Assembly: GCF_006345805.1 (NCBI RefSeq)
Contig: NW_021825909.1
Span: forward strand, 1 to 14,110
Source of the DNA: Octopus sinensis
Taxonomy: Eukaryota
Direction of reading: 5' to 3'
DNA length: 14,110 bases
This document shows, piece after piece, positions 1-8,413 of this stretch. The notes beneath the pieces are model-generated. The model was not told where the DNA came from and made no database searches. It was given only the letters and a program-made list of their open reading frames with translations. The translations under genes were made by a program, and so were the position numbers. Positions within the stretch are counted from its first letter, which is position 1, and the number at the start of each line of letters is the position of its first letter.

Positions 1-111
1 CGGCCCGAGGCTATAGTAGAAGTCACTTGCCCAAGGTGCCACGCAGTGGGACTGAACCCGGAACCATGTGGTTGGTAAACAAGCTACTTACCACACAGCC
101 ACTCCTGCGCC
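1..111 (-). mobile_element. tRNA-derived SINE family A, 5' head (cut by window edge)
   Basis: Reverse complement reads GGCGCAGGAGTGGCTGTGTGG (A-box-like) ... GGTTCAGTCCC (B-box-like) ... CACCTTGGGCAAGT (CORE-like). Near-identical to the copy at 6236-6610. Confidence 0.85.
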
Positions 112-169
112 TTCTTGTGAAAATCATCAAACTTGTATTTTATTCCATCACTATCTTCATCCATTCTCA

Positions 170-873
170 TCATGTGGTGAGAATGGATGAAGATAGATGT
201 GTGAAAAAGTGCCACACCCTAGTGGCTGAGGGAACCTGTAGAAGACGTAGACCTAGAAAACCCTGGGACAAGGTGGTGAAGCACGACCTTCGAACTTTAG
301 GTCTCACCGAGGAAATGACTAGAGACCGAGAACTTTGGAAGTATGCTGTGCGTGAGAAGACCCGGCAGGACAAGTGAGACCATAACCCGTGGCCTCTACC
401 TGGGACGTAGCCAGTCCACTTATGCTTACCTTTCCTTCTTGGGACACAAAACTCTACTTGTGAAGACCTGTTGAGGCAAGTGAAAATCAAAATCAATATC
501 GATGGAAATTGTAGCTGTGATACCAGTGCCGGGAACCATCCGAACGTGGCCATTGCCAGTGCCACCCCGAATGGCCTCCGTGCTGGTGGCACGTAAAAGG
601 CACCATCCGATCGTGGCCGTTACCAGCCTCGCCTGACCTCCATGCCGGTGGCACGTTAAAAGCATCATCCGATTGTGGCCATTTTCCAGCCTCGCATGGC
701 ACGTAAAAAGCACCCACTACACTCACGGAGTGGTTGGCGTTAGGAAGGGCATCCAGCCGGAGAAACACCGCCAGATCTGACTGGCCTGGTGCAGCCTTCT
801 GGCTTCCCAGACCCAAGTTGAACCGCCCAACCTATGCTAGCATGGAAAGCGGACGCTAAACGATGATGATGAT
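170..873 (+). mobile_element. 5'-truncated RTE-clade LINE: RT ORF C-terminus, 3'UTR and (GAT)n tail
   Basis: Translation HVVRMDEDRCVKK...EGTCRRRRPRKPWDKVVKHDL..LGL...DRELWK matches the RTE C-terminal pattern HVxRM..GxRxRGRPxxxW..D..DRxxW. Stop at 375-377. The 3'UTR contains GTTAGGAAGGGCATCCAGCC and ends AAACGATGATGATGAT. Confidence 0.85.
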
Positions 874-997
874 TTGTGGAGCTTGTTGTTGTAACACTCA
901 CAGCTTCAAGAGTTTGGTATCATGTGCTGTGAGATTTTTTTTTATATTTGCTGTGTGATAATGCATCTTATGAGATTTCTTTCACACACTGACAGAT

Positions 998-1937
998 AAG
1001 AAAGCTGAGGGTGTCTTGACATCACTCACCAAGTCCTTTGTGAGCCGCTCTCCGGCTATCTATCTGTGGCTTTATATAGCTATGGTGCGACCTCAACTGG
1101 AATTTGCATCACCAGTCTGGAACCCCTACCTAGCCCAGGATATCAATCGTCTGGAAGCCGTTCAGCGATGTGCAACCAAATAATACCCCCCCCCCCCATC
1201 AGGCATTTGCCATATCCTGAACGCCTTACTTCCCTGGGCATGGACACATTGAAACTCCGATGTCTGGCAGCTGATTTGGCAGACACCCATAAAATTATTA
1301 ACCATCTTACTAACAATAACTCTGAGCACCTTTTCAAACTCCACCCGTCTAACACTCGAGGACATGTTTACAAAGTCAGAAAACAGCACAGCTCCTTCCA
1401 TGACTTTCGGAAATATTTTTCCACGCTAAGAATTGCCGAAGCATGGAACAAACTGCCGGCATCGGTTGTTAGTTGTTGGAGCACTGCATCCTTCAAAACT
1501 TCCATGCTTCCTGAGATTCGCCAACACTACACCTGATTTTCTCCTCTCCATACACACACTGAAGCATGGAACAAACTGCCAGCATCAGTTGTTAGTTGTC
1601 GGAGCACTGCATCCTTCAAAACTTCCATGCCTCCTGAGATTCGCCAACACTACACCTGATTGTCTCCCCTCCATACACACGCTGAAGCATGGAACAAACT
1701 GCCGGCATCAGTTGTTCGTTGTCGGAGCACTGCATCCTTGAAAACTTCCATGCTTTCTGAGATTCGCCAACACTACACCTGATCTCCTCCCCTCCATACA
1801 CACACTGAAGCATGTATCTGACTCATGCATTGTTCACTTCCCAGACATTTGTACATTACTGCATATACTCTATACACACTTTGGACAAGTTGTGGGGCAC
1901 CTGAGCACTGTATACAATAATTTCATTATTATTATTA
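998..1937 (+). mobile_element. Degenerate 5'-truncated CR1-type LINE (ORF2 C-terminus, 3'UTR, (ATT)n tail)
   Basis: The frame from 998 reads KKAEGVL..LYIAMVRPQLEFASPVWNPYLAQDINRLEAVQRCATK. A frameshift near 1181 leads to ..YPERLTSLGMDTLKLR..NTRGHVYKV..FSTLRIAEAWNKLPASVV..SFK, the characteristic CR1-type ORF2 C-terminal motifs. The element ends in ATTATTATTATT. Confidence 0.85.
1438..1814 (+). repeat. 123-bp tandem triplication within the CR1 3' end
   Basis: GAAGCATG starts at 1438, 1561, 1684 and 1807, an exact 123-bp period. The three units are highly similar. Confidence 0.95.
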
Positions 1938-2213
1938 TATATCTTATGATTCAATACATATAAGATTAGAATACAAATTATAAAAATCATAATAAATTAT
2001 TGAAATCATATATATATATATATATATATACACCACAAAGTAAGTTAGGGGTTATGGGTGTAACCCACTAGGGGATATCATTTATCCAATATACTGTTGG
2101 TAAAGTACACAGTTTCTTAATAGATAAATGTTTTTAATTGCAATGCAATTAAGGTATTTATTGTATTAAACAGGTGAATGTAAAGAAATATTTTTACCGT
2201 TAATTTATAATAC

Positions 2214-2750
2214 CCTTTTACTTGTTTCAGTTATTTGACTGCGGCCATGCTGGAGCACCGCTTTTAATCGATGAACTCGACCCCGGGACTTTTTCTTTTG
2301 TAAGTCCAGTACTTATTCTATCGTTCTCTTTTTGCCGAACCGCTAAGTTACGGGGACGTAAACACACCAGCATCGGTCGTCAAGCAATGCTAGGGGGACA
2401 AACACAGACACACAAACGTATACATACACATACATATATATATATGGCGTTAGGAAGGGCATCCAGCCGTAGAAACACTGCCAGATCTGACTGGGCCTGA
2501 TGAAGCCTTCCAGCTTCACAGACCCCAGTTGACCCGTCCAACCCATGCTAGCATGGAAAGCGGACGCTAAATGATGATGATGATGATATACATATATACG
2601 ACAGGCTTCTTTCAGTTTCCGTCTACCAAATCCACTCACAAGGCTTTGGTTGGCCCGAGGCTATAGTAGAAGACACTTGCCCAAGGTGCCATGCAGTGGG
2701 ACTGAACCCGGAACCATGTGGTTGGTAAACAAGCTACTTACCACGCAGCC
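2214..2750 (-). mobile_element. SINE family A, near full length, interrupted by an RTE fragment
   Basis: Tail CTTTTACTTGTTTCAG..GCGGCCATGCTGGAGCACC, body, internal TA repeat, then the head at 2597-2750. It is the reverse complement of 6236-6610. Confidence 0.85.
2445..2587 (+). mobile_element. Short RTE LINE 3' end nested in the SINE microsatellite
   Basis: TGGCGTTAGGAAGGGCATCCAGCC...GCATGGAAAGCGGACGCTAAA(TGA)n, homologous to about 735-873. Confidence 0.85.
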
Positions 2751-2751
2751 A

Positions 2752-3523
2752 GGGACGTAAACACACCAGCATCGGTCGTCAAGCAATGCTAGAGGGACAA
2801 ACATATACATACACATACATATATATATATACATATATACGGCAGGCTTCTTTCAGTTTCTGTCTACCAAATCCACTCACAAGGCTTTGGTTGGCCCGAG
2901 GCTATAGTAGAAGACACTTGCCCAAGGTGCCACGCAGTGGGACTGAACCCGGAACCATGTAGTTGGTAAACAAGCTACTTACCACACAGCCACTCCTGCA
3001 CCTATATATATACATATATATATACGATGGGCTTCTTTCAGTTTCCGTCTACCAAATCCACTCACAAGGCTTTGGTCGGCCCGAGGCTATAGTAGAAGAC
3101 ACTTGCCCAAGGTGCCACGCAGTGGGACTGAACCCGGAACCATGTGGCTGGTAAAAAAGCTACTTACCACACAGCCACTCCTACGCCTATATATATACAT
3201 ATATACGACAGGCTTCTTTTAGTTTTCGTCTACCAAATCCACTCACAAGGCTTTGGTCGGCTCAAGGCTATAGTAGAAGACACTTGCTCAAGGTGCCACG
3301 CAGTGGGACTGAACCCGGAACCATGTGGTTGGTAAACTAGCTACTTACCACACAGCCACGACAAGCTTCTTTCAGTTTCCAATCTACCAAATCCACTCAC
3401 AAGGCTTTGGTCGGCCCGAGGCTATAGTAGAAGACACTTGCCCAAGGTGCCACACAGTGGGACTGAACCCGGAACCATGTGGTTTGGTAAACAAGCTGCT
3501 TACCACACAGCCAGTCCTGTGCC
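2752..3523 (-). mobile_element. Tandem array of SINE A partial copies/heads (2752-3002, 3003-3187, 3188-3358, 3359-3523)
   Basis: Four successive copies of GGCTTCTTTCAGTTTCCGTCTACCAAATCC...CCACACAGCC, mostly separated by short TA repeats. Confidence 0.9.
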
Positions 3524-3640
3524 TATGTAAATGGAAAAACAATTTTCTTATACAAATAAGAAACTGGGGAAACAAATTAGGGATATTATAACGTCAGATT
3601 ATTTATTCATTTTACAAACGAGATCACATACACACACGTG

Positions 3641-3698
3641 TATATATAGCTTCGTCAGGGCCTTAAATATATATATAGCTTCGTCAGGGCCTTAAATA
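3641..3698. repeat. 29-bp perfect tandem duplication
   Basis: TATATATAGCTTCGTCAGGGCCTTAAATA occurs twice in succession. Confidence 0.9.
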
Positions 3699-3927
3699 TA
3701 GAGGGTATTTTATTTAGGAAAATTATATTTTTGAAACTGTATATGTACAGACGTTACAGGTGAGCATCAATGGTTTCTCGCATGTCATATTACCTTCCAT
3801 TACTTGAAATAAATTGTTACCTGACAATCCATACACCTCTGGCCTTTCTCATTTCCACCTGTCCCAAACTGACTTTTGCAGTTTTTTACTTTTTCTGTAG
3901 CCCCCCCCCCCCTCCTTTCCAAATTAT

Positions 3928-4369
3928 GGATCTTTTCGGTTTGAACGGCAGTTTTTTTCTAGTGGTGTCATATGAAATTGTCACCCATAATTATGACCCT
4001 AGTATCGATCTATTGCATTTCAATCTGTTTTAGGGTTAGGGTTAGAGTTAGGGTTAGTTAGGGCTGGGGGGAAAAGGGTATCTTTTTTTTCTTCGCAAAT
4101 GTAAATAAACCCAATCTGTTTCTTAAACGAGGGACATTTTCATATGGCACAGAATGTTTTTTTTTTACCTCAATAGACGTCATTGATTGGTTGAAATTGC
4201 AGAAACTGAAGAAAAAAAACAACAAATATCTTACAAACTACAGAATTTTCTCAATAAAGCCAAGAGAAAAAGATGTTTTATGTAACACATTCTACCAGTA
4301 TACGAAGTCTAAAAGTGTTTAGTTACATGGAAATTATTTAAAAAACTTCCGGTCAAACCAAAAAGATCC
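3928..4369 (+). mobile_element. Non-autonomous TIR element (MITE-like, 442 bp) containing TTAGGG repeats
   Basis: Left end GGATCTTTTCGGTTTGAACGGCAGTTTTTT and right end AAAAAACTTCCGGTCAAACCAAAAAGATCC form a ~30-bp imperfect inverted repeat. (TTAGGG)-like run at about 4030-4063. Four other partial copies in the window. Confidence 0.8.
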
Positions 4370-4405
4370 GGGTGTTTTCCTCAAGAACCACTGGATTAAA
4401 GTTTC

Positions 4406-4710
4406 AGGGTTAGGGGTGGGAGAAGGGTATCTTTTTTTCTTCCCAAATGTAAATAAACCCAATCTGTTTCTTAAACGAGGGACATTTTCATACGGCACAG
4501 AATGGTTTTTTTTTTACCTCAATAGACGTCATTGATTGGTTGAAATTGAAGAAAAAACCCCCAAATATCTTACAAACTATAGAATTTTCTCGATAAAGCC
4601 AAGAGAAAAAAGATGTTTTATGTAACACATTCTACCAGTATACGAAGTTTAAAAGTGTTTAGTTTCGTGGAAATTATTCTAAAAAACTGCCGTTCAAACG
4701 GAAAAGATCC
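4406..4710 (+). mobile_element. 5'-truncated second copy of the TTAGGG TIR element
   Basis: Highly similar to about 4050-4369. Begins in the AGGGTTAGGG run and ends with the TIR AAAAAACTGCCGTTCAAACGGAAAAGATCC. Confidence 0.85.
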
Positions 4711-4718
4711 CTCACGTC

Positions 4719-5043
4719 TTATGTCCACCGGTCCTTCCCAATGCACACCCCTTTCCCTGCATACCAAGCGCCAAAGTTTTCATACCAGATTTGTTTCTTA
4801 TCGTCTAAAGCATGGTGCAACATCGAACAGACGTGACACCAAAGGTTGACATCATAGAATTGTCCTGTTCCTTTCCATTTGAAATACTCGTTATAAAGAG
4901 TATCGTTTTTATCAAGTTTATGCAGGTAAGCAGCTAATTCTTTTGCTGAATTGAAATCCTCATAGTGGATGTACGAATTCTCCGGTGCTATTTTGCGGTA
5001 ATCGTCTGGATGGGCGCCCATTACAATTGGAATGACATCGTGT
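4719..5043 (-). CDS. FucTA: Alpha-1,3-fucosyltransferase (GT10, FucTA-like), coding exon 2 (terminal)
   Basis: Acceptor TTTTTATCTATTCCAG|A at 5044/5043. Spliced reading NALQ-HDVIPIVMGAHPDDYRKIAPENSYIHYEDF..ELAAYL..LDKNDTLYNEYFKWKGTG..WCHVC..GKGVC, TAA at 4719-4721. Closely resembles the Drosophila FucTA C-terminus as I recall it (YFKWKGTG, WCRVC, GPGVC). Confidence 0.93.
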
Positions 5044-5147
5044 CTGGAATAGATAAAAACGTGAACATATATTTTCTATAAAACATATTCAAAGGAGAAA
5101 TAAAGGTTCACATGAGTAAATTATAAATAAATCTTATATGACTTATA

Positions 5148-5324
5148 GGCACAGGAGTGGCTGTGTGGTAAGTAGCTTGCTTACCAACCACATGGTTCCG
5201 GGTTCAGTCCCACTGCATGGCACCTTGGGCAAGTGTCTTCTACTATAGCCTCGGGCCGACCAAAGCCTTGTGAGTGGATTTGGTAGACGGAAACTGAAAG
5301 AAGCCTGTCGTATATATGTATATA

Positions 5325-5371
<47 letters not shown>

Positions 5372-5488
5372 ATATATATATATATATGTATGTATGTATA
5401 TATGTATATATATATATGTATGTATGTATATTATTATGTATATATATATATATATGTATGTATGTATATTATGTATATATATATATAT

Positions 5489-5519
<31 letters not shown>

Positions 5520-5521
5520 AT

Positions 5522-5557
<36 letters not shown>

Positions 5558-5663
5558 ATATATATATATATGTATATTATATATTATATATATTTTTGTA
5601 TATATATATATGTATTTATATATATATGTATATACATTTATAATATATATGTATGTATATTAC

Positions 5664-5716
<53 letters not shown>

Positions 5717-5729
5717 AATATATGTATAT

Positions 5730-5800
<71 letters not shown>

Positions 5801-5971
5801 TGGTAAAAACGGTAAGATAACAAAAGAAAGAAAGAGACCTCAATATTATGTAAATAGAGGAATTTATATATATATATATATACATATGTGTGTGTTTGTG
5901 TGTCTATGTTTGTCCCCTGACATCGCTTCACAATCAATGCTGGTGTGTTTATGTCCCCGTAACTTAGCGGT
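5148..5971 (+). mobile_element. SINE family A, intronic, with greatly expanded internal (TA)n and truncated 3' end
   Basis: Head 5148-5310, then a TA-rich tract to about 5900, then body TGTTTGTCCCC..GCTGGTGTGTTTATGTCCCCGTAACTTAGCGG. Confidence 0.85.
5310..5800. repeat. Imperfect (TA)n/(TATG)n microsatellite
   Basis: About 490 bp of TA dinucleotides with interruptions. Confidence 0.97.
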
Positions 5972-6039
5972 CATGATTATGGGTGACAATTTCATATGAC
6001 ACCGCTAGAAAAAAACTGCCGGTCAAACCGAAAAGATCC
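5969..6039 (-). mobile_element. Left-end fragment of the TTAGGG TIR element, inverted
   Basis: Reverse complement of about 3928-4000 (GGATCTTTTCGGTTTG..GTGTCATATGAAATTGTCACCCATAAT). Confidence 0.85.
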
Positions 6040-6235
6040 AAATTAAAGAATAAATTACAAAAAAAAAAAGGACAAAAACAATCTCAAAATGGGGTGGGGG
6101 TGTTCAGGGGAGAGCCAGTCTGGGGCAGAATAAAACCAAGAGTTGCTTATTGTCAAGGGTTTATTACCGGTATCTTGAGTAGAGCGATTTGCAAGGGGTT
6201 ATATCGTACGTCGAAACATTTAAAAAATATACATA

Positions 6236-6610
6236 GGCGCAGGAGTGGCTGTGTGGTAAGTAGCTTGCTTACCAACCACATGGTTCTGGGTTCAGTCCCA
6301 CTGCATGGCAACTTGGGCAAGTGTCTTCTACTATAGCCTCGGGCCGACCAAAGCCTTGTGAGTGGATTTGGTAGACGGAAACTGAAAGAAGCCTGTCGTA
6401 TATATGTATATATATATGTGTGTGTGTGTGTGTATCTTTGTGTTTGTCCCCCTAGCATTGCTTGACAACCGATGCTGGTGTGTTTATGTCCCCGTCACTT
6501 AGCAGTTCGGCAAAAGAGACCGATAGAATAAGTCCTGGGGTCGATTTGCTCGAGTAAAGGCGGTGCTCCAGCATGGCCGCAGTCAAATGACTGAAACAAG
6601 TAAAAGAGTA
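6236..6610 (+). mobile_element. Near full-length tRNA-derived SINE family A (CORE-like; possibly octopus OR2-type)
   Basis: A-box-like TGGCTGTGTGG, B-box-like GGTTCAGTCCC, CORE-like TTGGGCAAGT, internal (TA)(TG) repeat and 3' tail GAAACAAGTAAAAGAGTA. The family name is from memory and unverified. Confidence 0.88.
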
Positions 6611-6821
6611 ATATATATATAATGGTGTGGAGAGGAGAGGCTGGTATGCATGGGCGACTGCTGGTCTTCCATAAACAACCTTGCCCAGACTTGTGCCTCG
6701 GAGGGTAACTTTCTAGGAGCAACCCCATGGTCATTCATGACCGAAGGGGGTCACAACACAACTTAATCTCATTAATTCAAATACAAAGACACTTATACAT
6801 ATTTAAAATCCAAGTACTTAC

Positions 6822-7747
6822 TGCAAAGCGTTGCGCATGAATTTCTCCGTAATATAATCTCTACAGTTGGAATTTTCAAATGCCAAGTAAAATTTATATT
6901 CTTTTTCTAGCATTTCAAAACATATCGGATCGTCCGTTTTTGTACAGGTTTTTGTACCACAAAACCCATAAATATCCACCTGGATATATTTTCCAAGTTC
7001 CTCAGCATAGCCCATTCGATTATTGGTAGGACAGCAATTCGAAGTGAACCAAGCGACCTTCTTTGTTTTTCCCTTGGCATAATTTACGTCTTGTTTTCTC
7101 TGCCTTACTGAATCGATAAAATATAAATATTTCAGGTAAGGATATACAATCGTACTGTCCTCGCGATATGTAATCGTCCAATTGATTCTGTTCCCCAAGT
7201 GTCTAACTGACGGGTTGAAATTAGGGGACTCCTGTGTCATGTATATCCATATCTGATTTGAGTTCTTTGGTTTCTCGGATATTCCTACTGTCTCATAAAA
7301 GAAAATAGCGTCCACGCTCTCATGCTTTGTTTTGTCATGTGTAACCAGGCATTCATTGACTGGGCAGTTCTGTTCCAAGAAAGTCCCTTGATTTTCTTTC
7401 AATGGTCGCAGATACATCAAATTGTGTATTAATAATGTCTTAAACCTTCGTCGAATCGGTTTCGACTTGACATTTTCATCAGCATCTGACCGATTTGGGG
7501 ACACGTTCCGTTCATCATTCCCCCGTCTTTTCTTTGCCGATAAGGTATATCCTAGCTGAGCATCCATACGTTCATTACCGGATTGTTCTCCCGGAACGAG
7601 TAAAGGCGAATAGCTTGTGTAGGAAACAGGTTGCTGTATCCCTATTACGACGTTTTGTTTGAATTTACAAAAATAGAGATAACAAATGAATGCGATTATT
7701 ATCACGACAAAGATAAACGCAAAACATTTTCGCCTGCACGTTCTCAT
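6822..7747 (-). CDS. FucTA: Alpha-1,3-fucosyltransferase (GT10, glycoprotein 3-alpha-L-fucosyltransferase A-like), coding exon 1
   Basis: Type II Golgi topology: basic tail MRTCRRK plus TM segment CFAFIFVVIIIAFICYLYF. GT10 motifs QESP, NWTITYREDS, KKVAWFTSNC, VDIYGFCG and the signature YKFYLAFENSNCRDYITEKF. The ORF's apparent stop lies inside the GTAAGT donor. Confidence 0.95.
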
Positions 7748-8010
7748 TGCTTTTTGAGTGTTGCAAATACTGTGAATTTACTGTTTACGTAGTCGGTAGC
7801 ATTTGTTGGTTGTGAGGGAGAGACGGAGTGGACAGGAGAGAGAAAGGGAGAGCGCGACAGCGACGTGAAACAGCTTGGATAGGAAATACAAAATATGTAT
7901 ATATGTATATATATATGTATATATATATGCATACATGGAAAAATGAGAGAAAATAAAGAGTCAAAGCTTTCAAGTGCTGAATATTAAAGTTCAGATATAT
8001 TGATATAGAG

Positions 8011-8413
8011 ATTCCGTCTGCTGGTATTATGACGTTCTGAGTTCAAATTCCACCGAGGTCGACTTTACCTTCCATCCTCTCGGGGTCGATAAATAAAGTA
8101 CCAGTTTCGCACTGGGGTCGAAGTAATCGACGTAATCCCTTTGTCTGTCCTTGTTTGTCCCTTCTATGTTTAGCCCCTTGTGGGTAGCAAAGAAATAAGA
8201 AACGTTAGCACACTGGGCGAAATGCTTAGTGGTATTTTGTCTACCGTTACATTCTGAGTTCAAATTCCACCGAGGTCGACTTTACCTTCCATCCTCTTGG
8301 GGTCGATAAATAAAGTACCAGTTTCACACAGAGGTCGATGTAATCGACTTAATCCCTTTGTCCGTCCTTGTTTGTCCCCTCAATGTTTAGCCTCTCGTGG
8401 GCAGTAAAGAAAT
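8011..8413 (+). mobile_element. Head-to-tail dimer of a second tRNA-derived SINE (family B, Nin/Deu-like central domain) flanked by a 16-bp TSD
   Basis: Two units (about 8011-8198 and 8199-8413), each with B-box-like GAGTTCAAATTCC and GGTCGACTTTACCTTCCATCCT..GGGGTCGATAAATAAAGTACCAG. Flanks are ATATATTGATATAGAG (7995-8010) and ATATATTAATATAGAG (8414-8429). Confidence 0.8.

Larger units (their letters stand above)
5044..6821 (-). other. Phase-2 GT-AG intron of the fucosyltransferase gene (1778 bp)
   Basis: Donor CA|GTAAGT at 6822/6821 and acceptor TTCCAG|A. The split codon CA+A = Gln keeps the frame; the joined CDS is 1251 nt = 416 aa plus stop. Confidence 0.9.

Noticed and set aside
1066-1536. 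156-aa ORF as a host gene
   Set aside because: It is a frameshifted fragment of CR1 ORF2. Its N-terminal part is the wrong frame of the LINE.
2963-3591. Repeated small ORFs (..[21 protein letters not shown]..) resembling a peptide gene cluster
   Set aside because: They are antisense translations of tandem SINE heads.
3641-3698. Hammerhead ribozyme core CTGACGA on the minus strand (also CTGATGA near 2497 on +)
   Set aside because: No stem II followed by GAAA and no stem III/cleavage triplet could be built around either.
4030-4063. Telomere or chromosome-fusion site
   Set aside because: Only a few degenerate TTAGGG units, and they are an internal part of a repeated TIR element.
5270-5937. 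YI-repeat ORFs (also 12514-12957, 13403-13645, 13786-14007)
   Set aside because: Translations of (TA)n microsatellites.
6236-6310. tRNA gene
   Set aside because: A/B boxes are present but I could not build a convincing cloverleaf. The sequence continues into a SINE body and is multi-copy.
6818-6821. Premature stop suggesting a truncated fucosyltransferase pseudogene
   Set aside because: The TAA is part of the GTAAGT donor, and splicing to 5043 restores a full-length frame.
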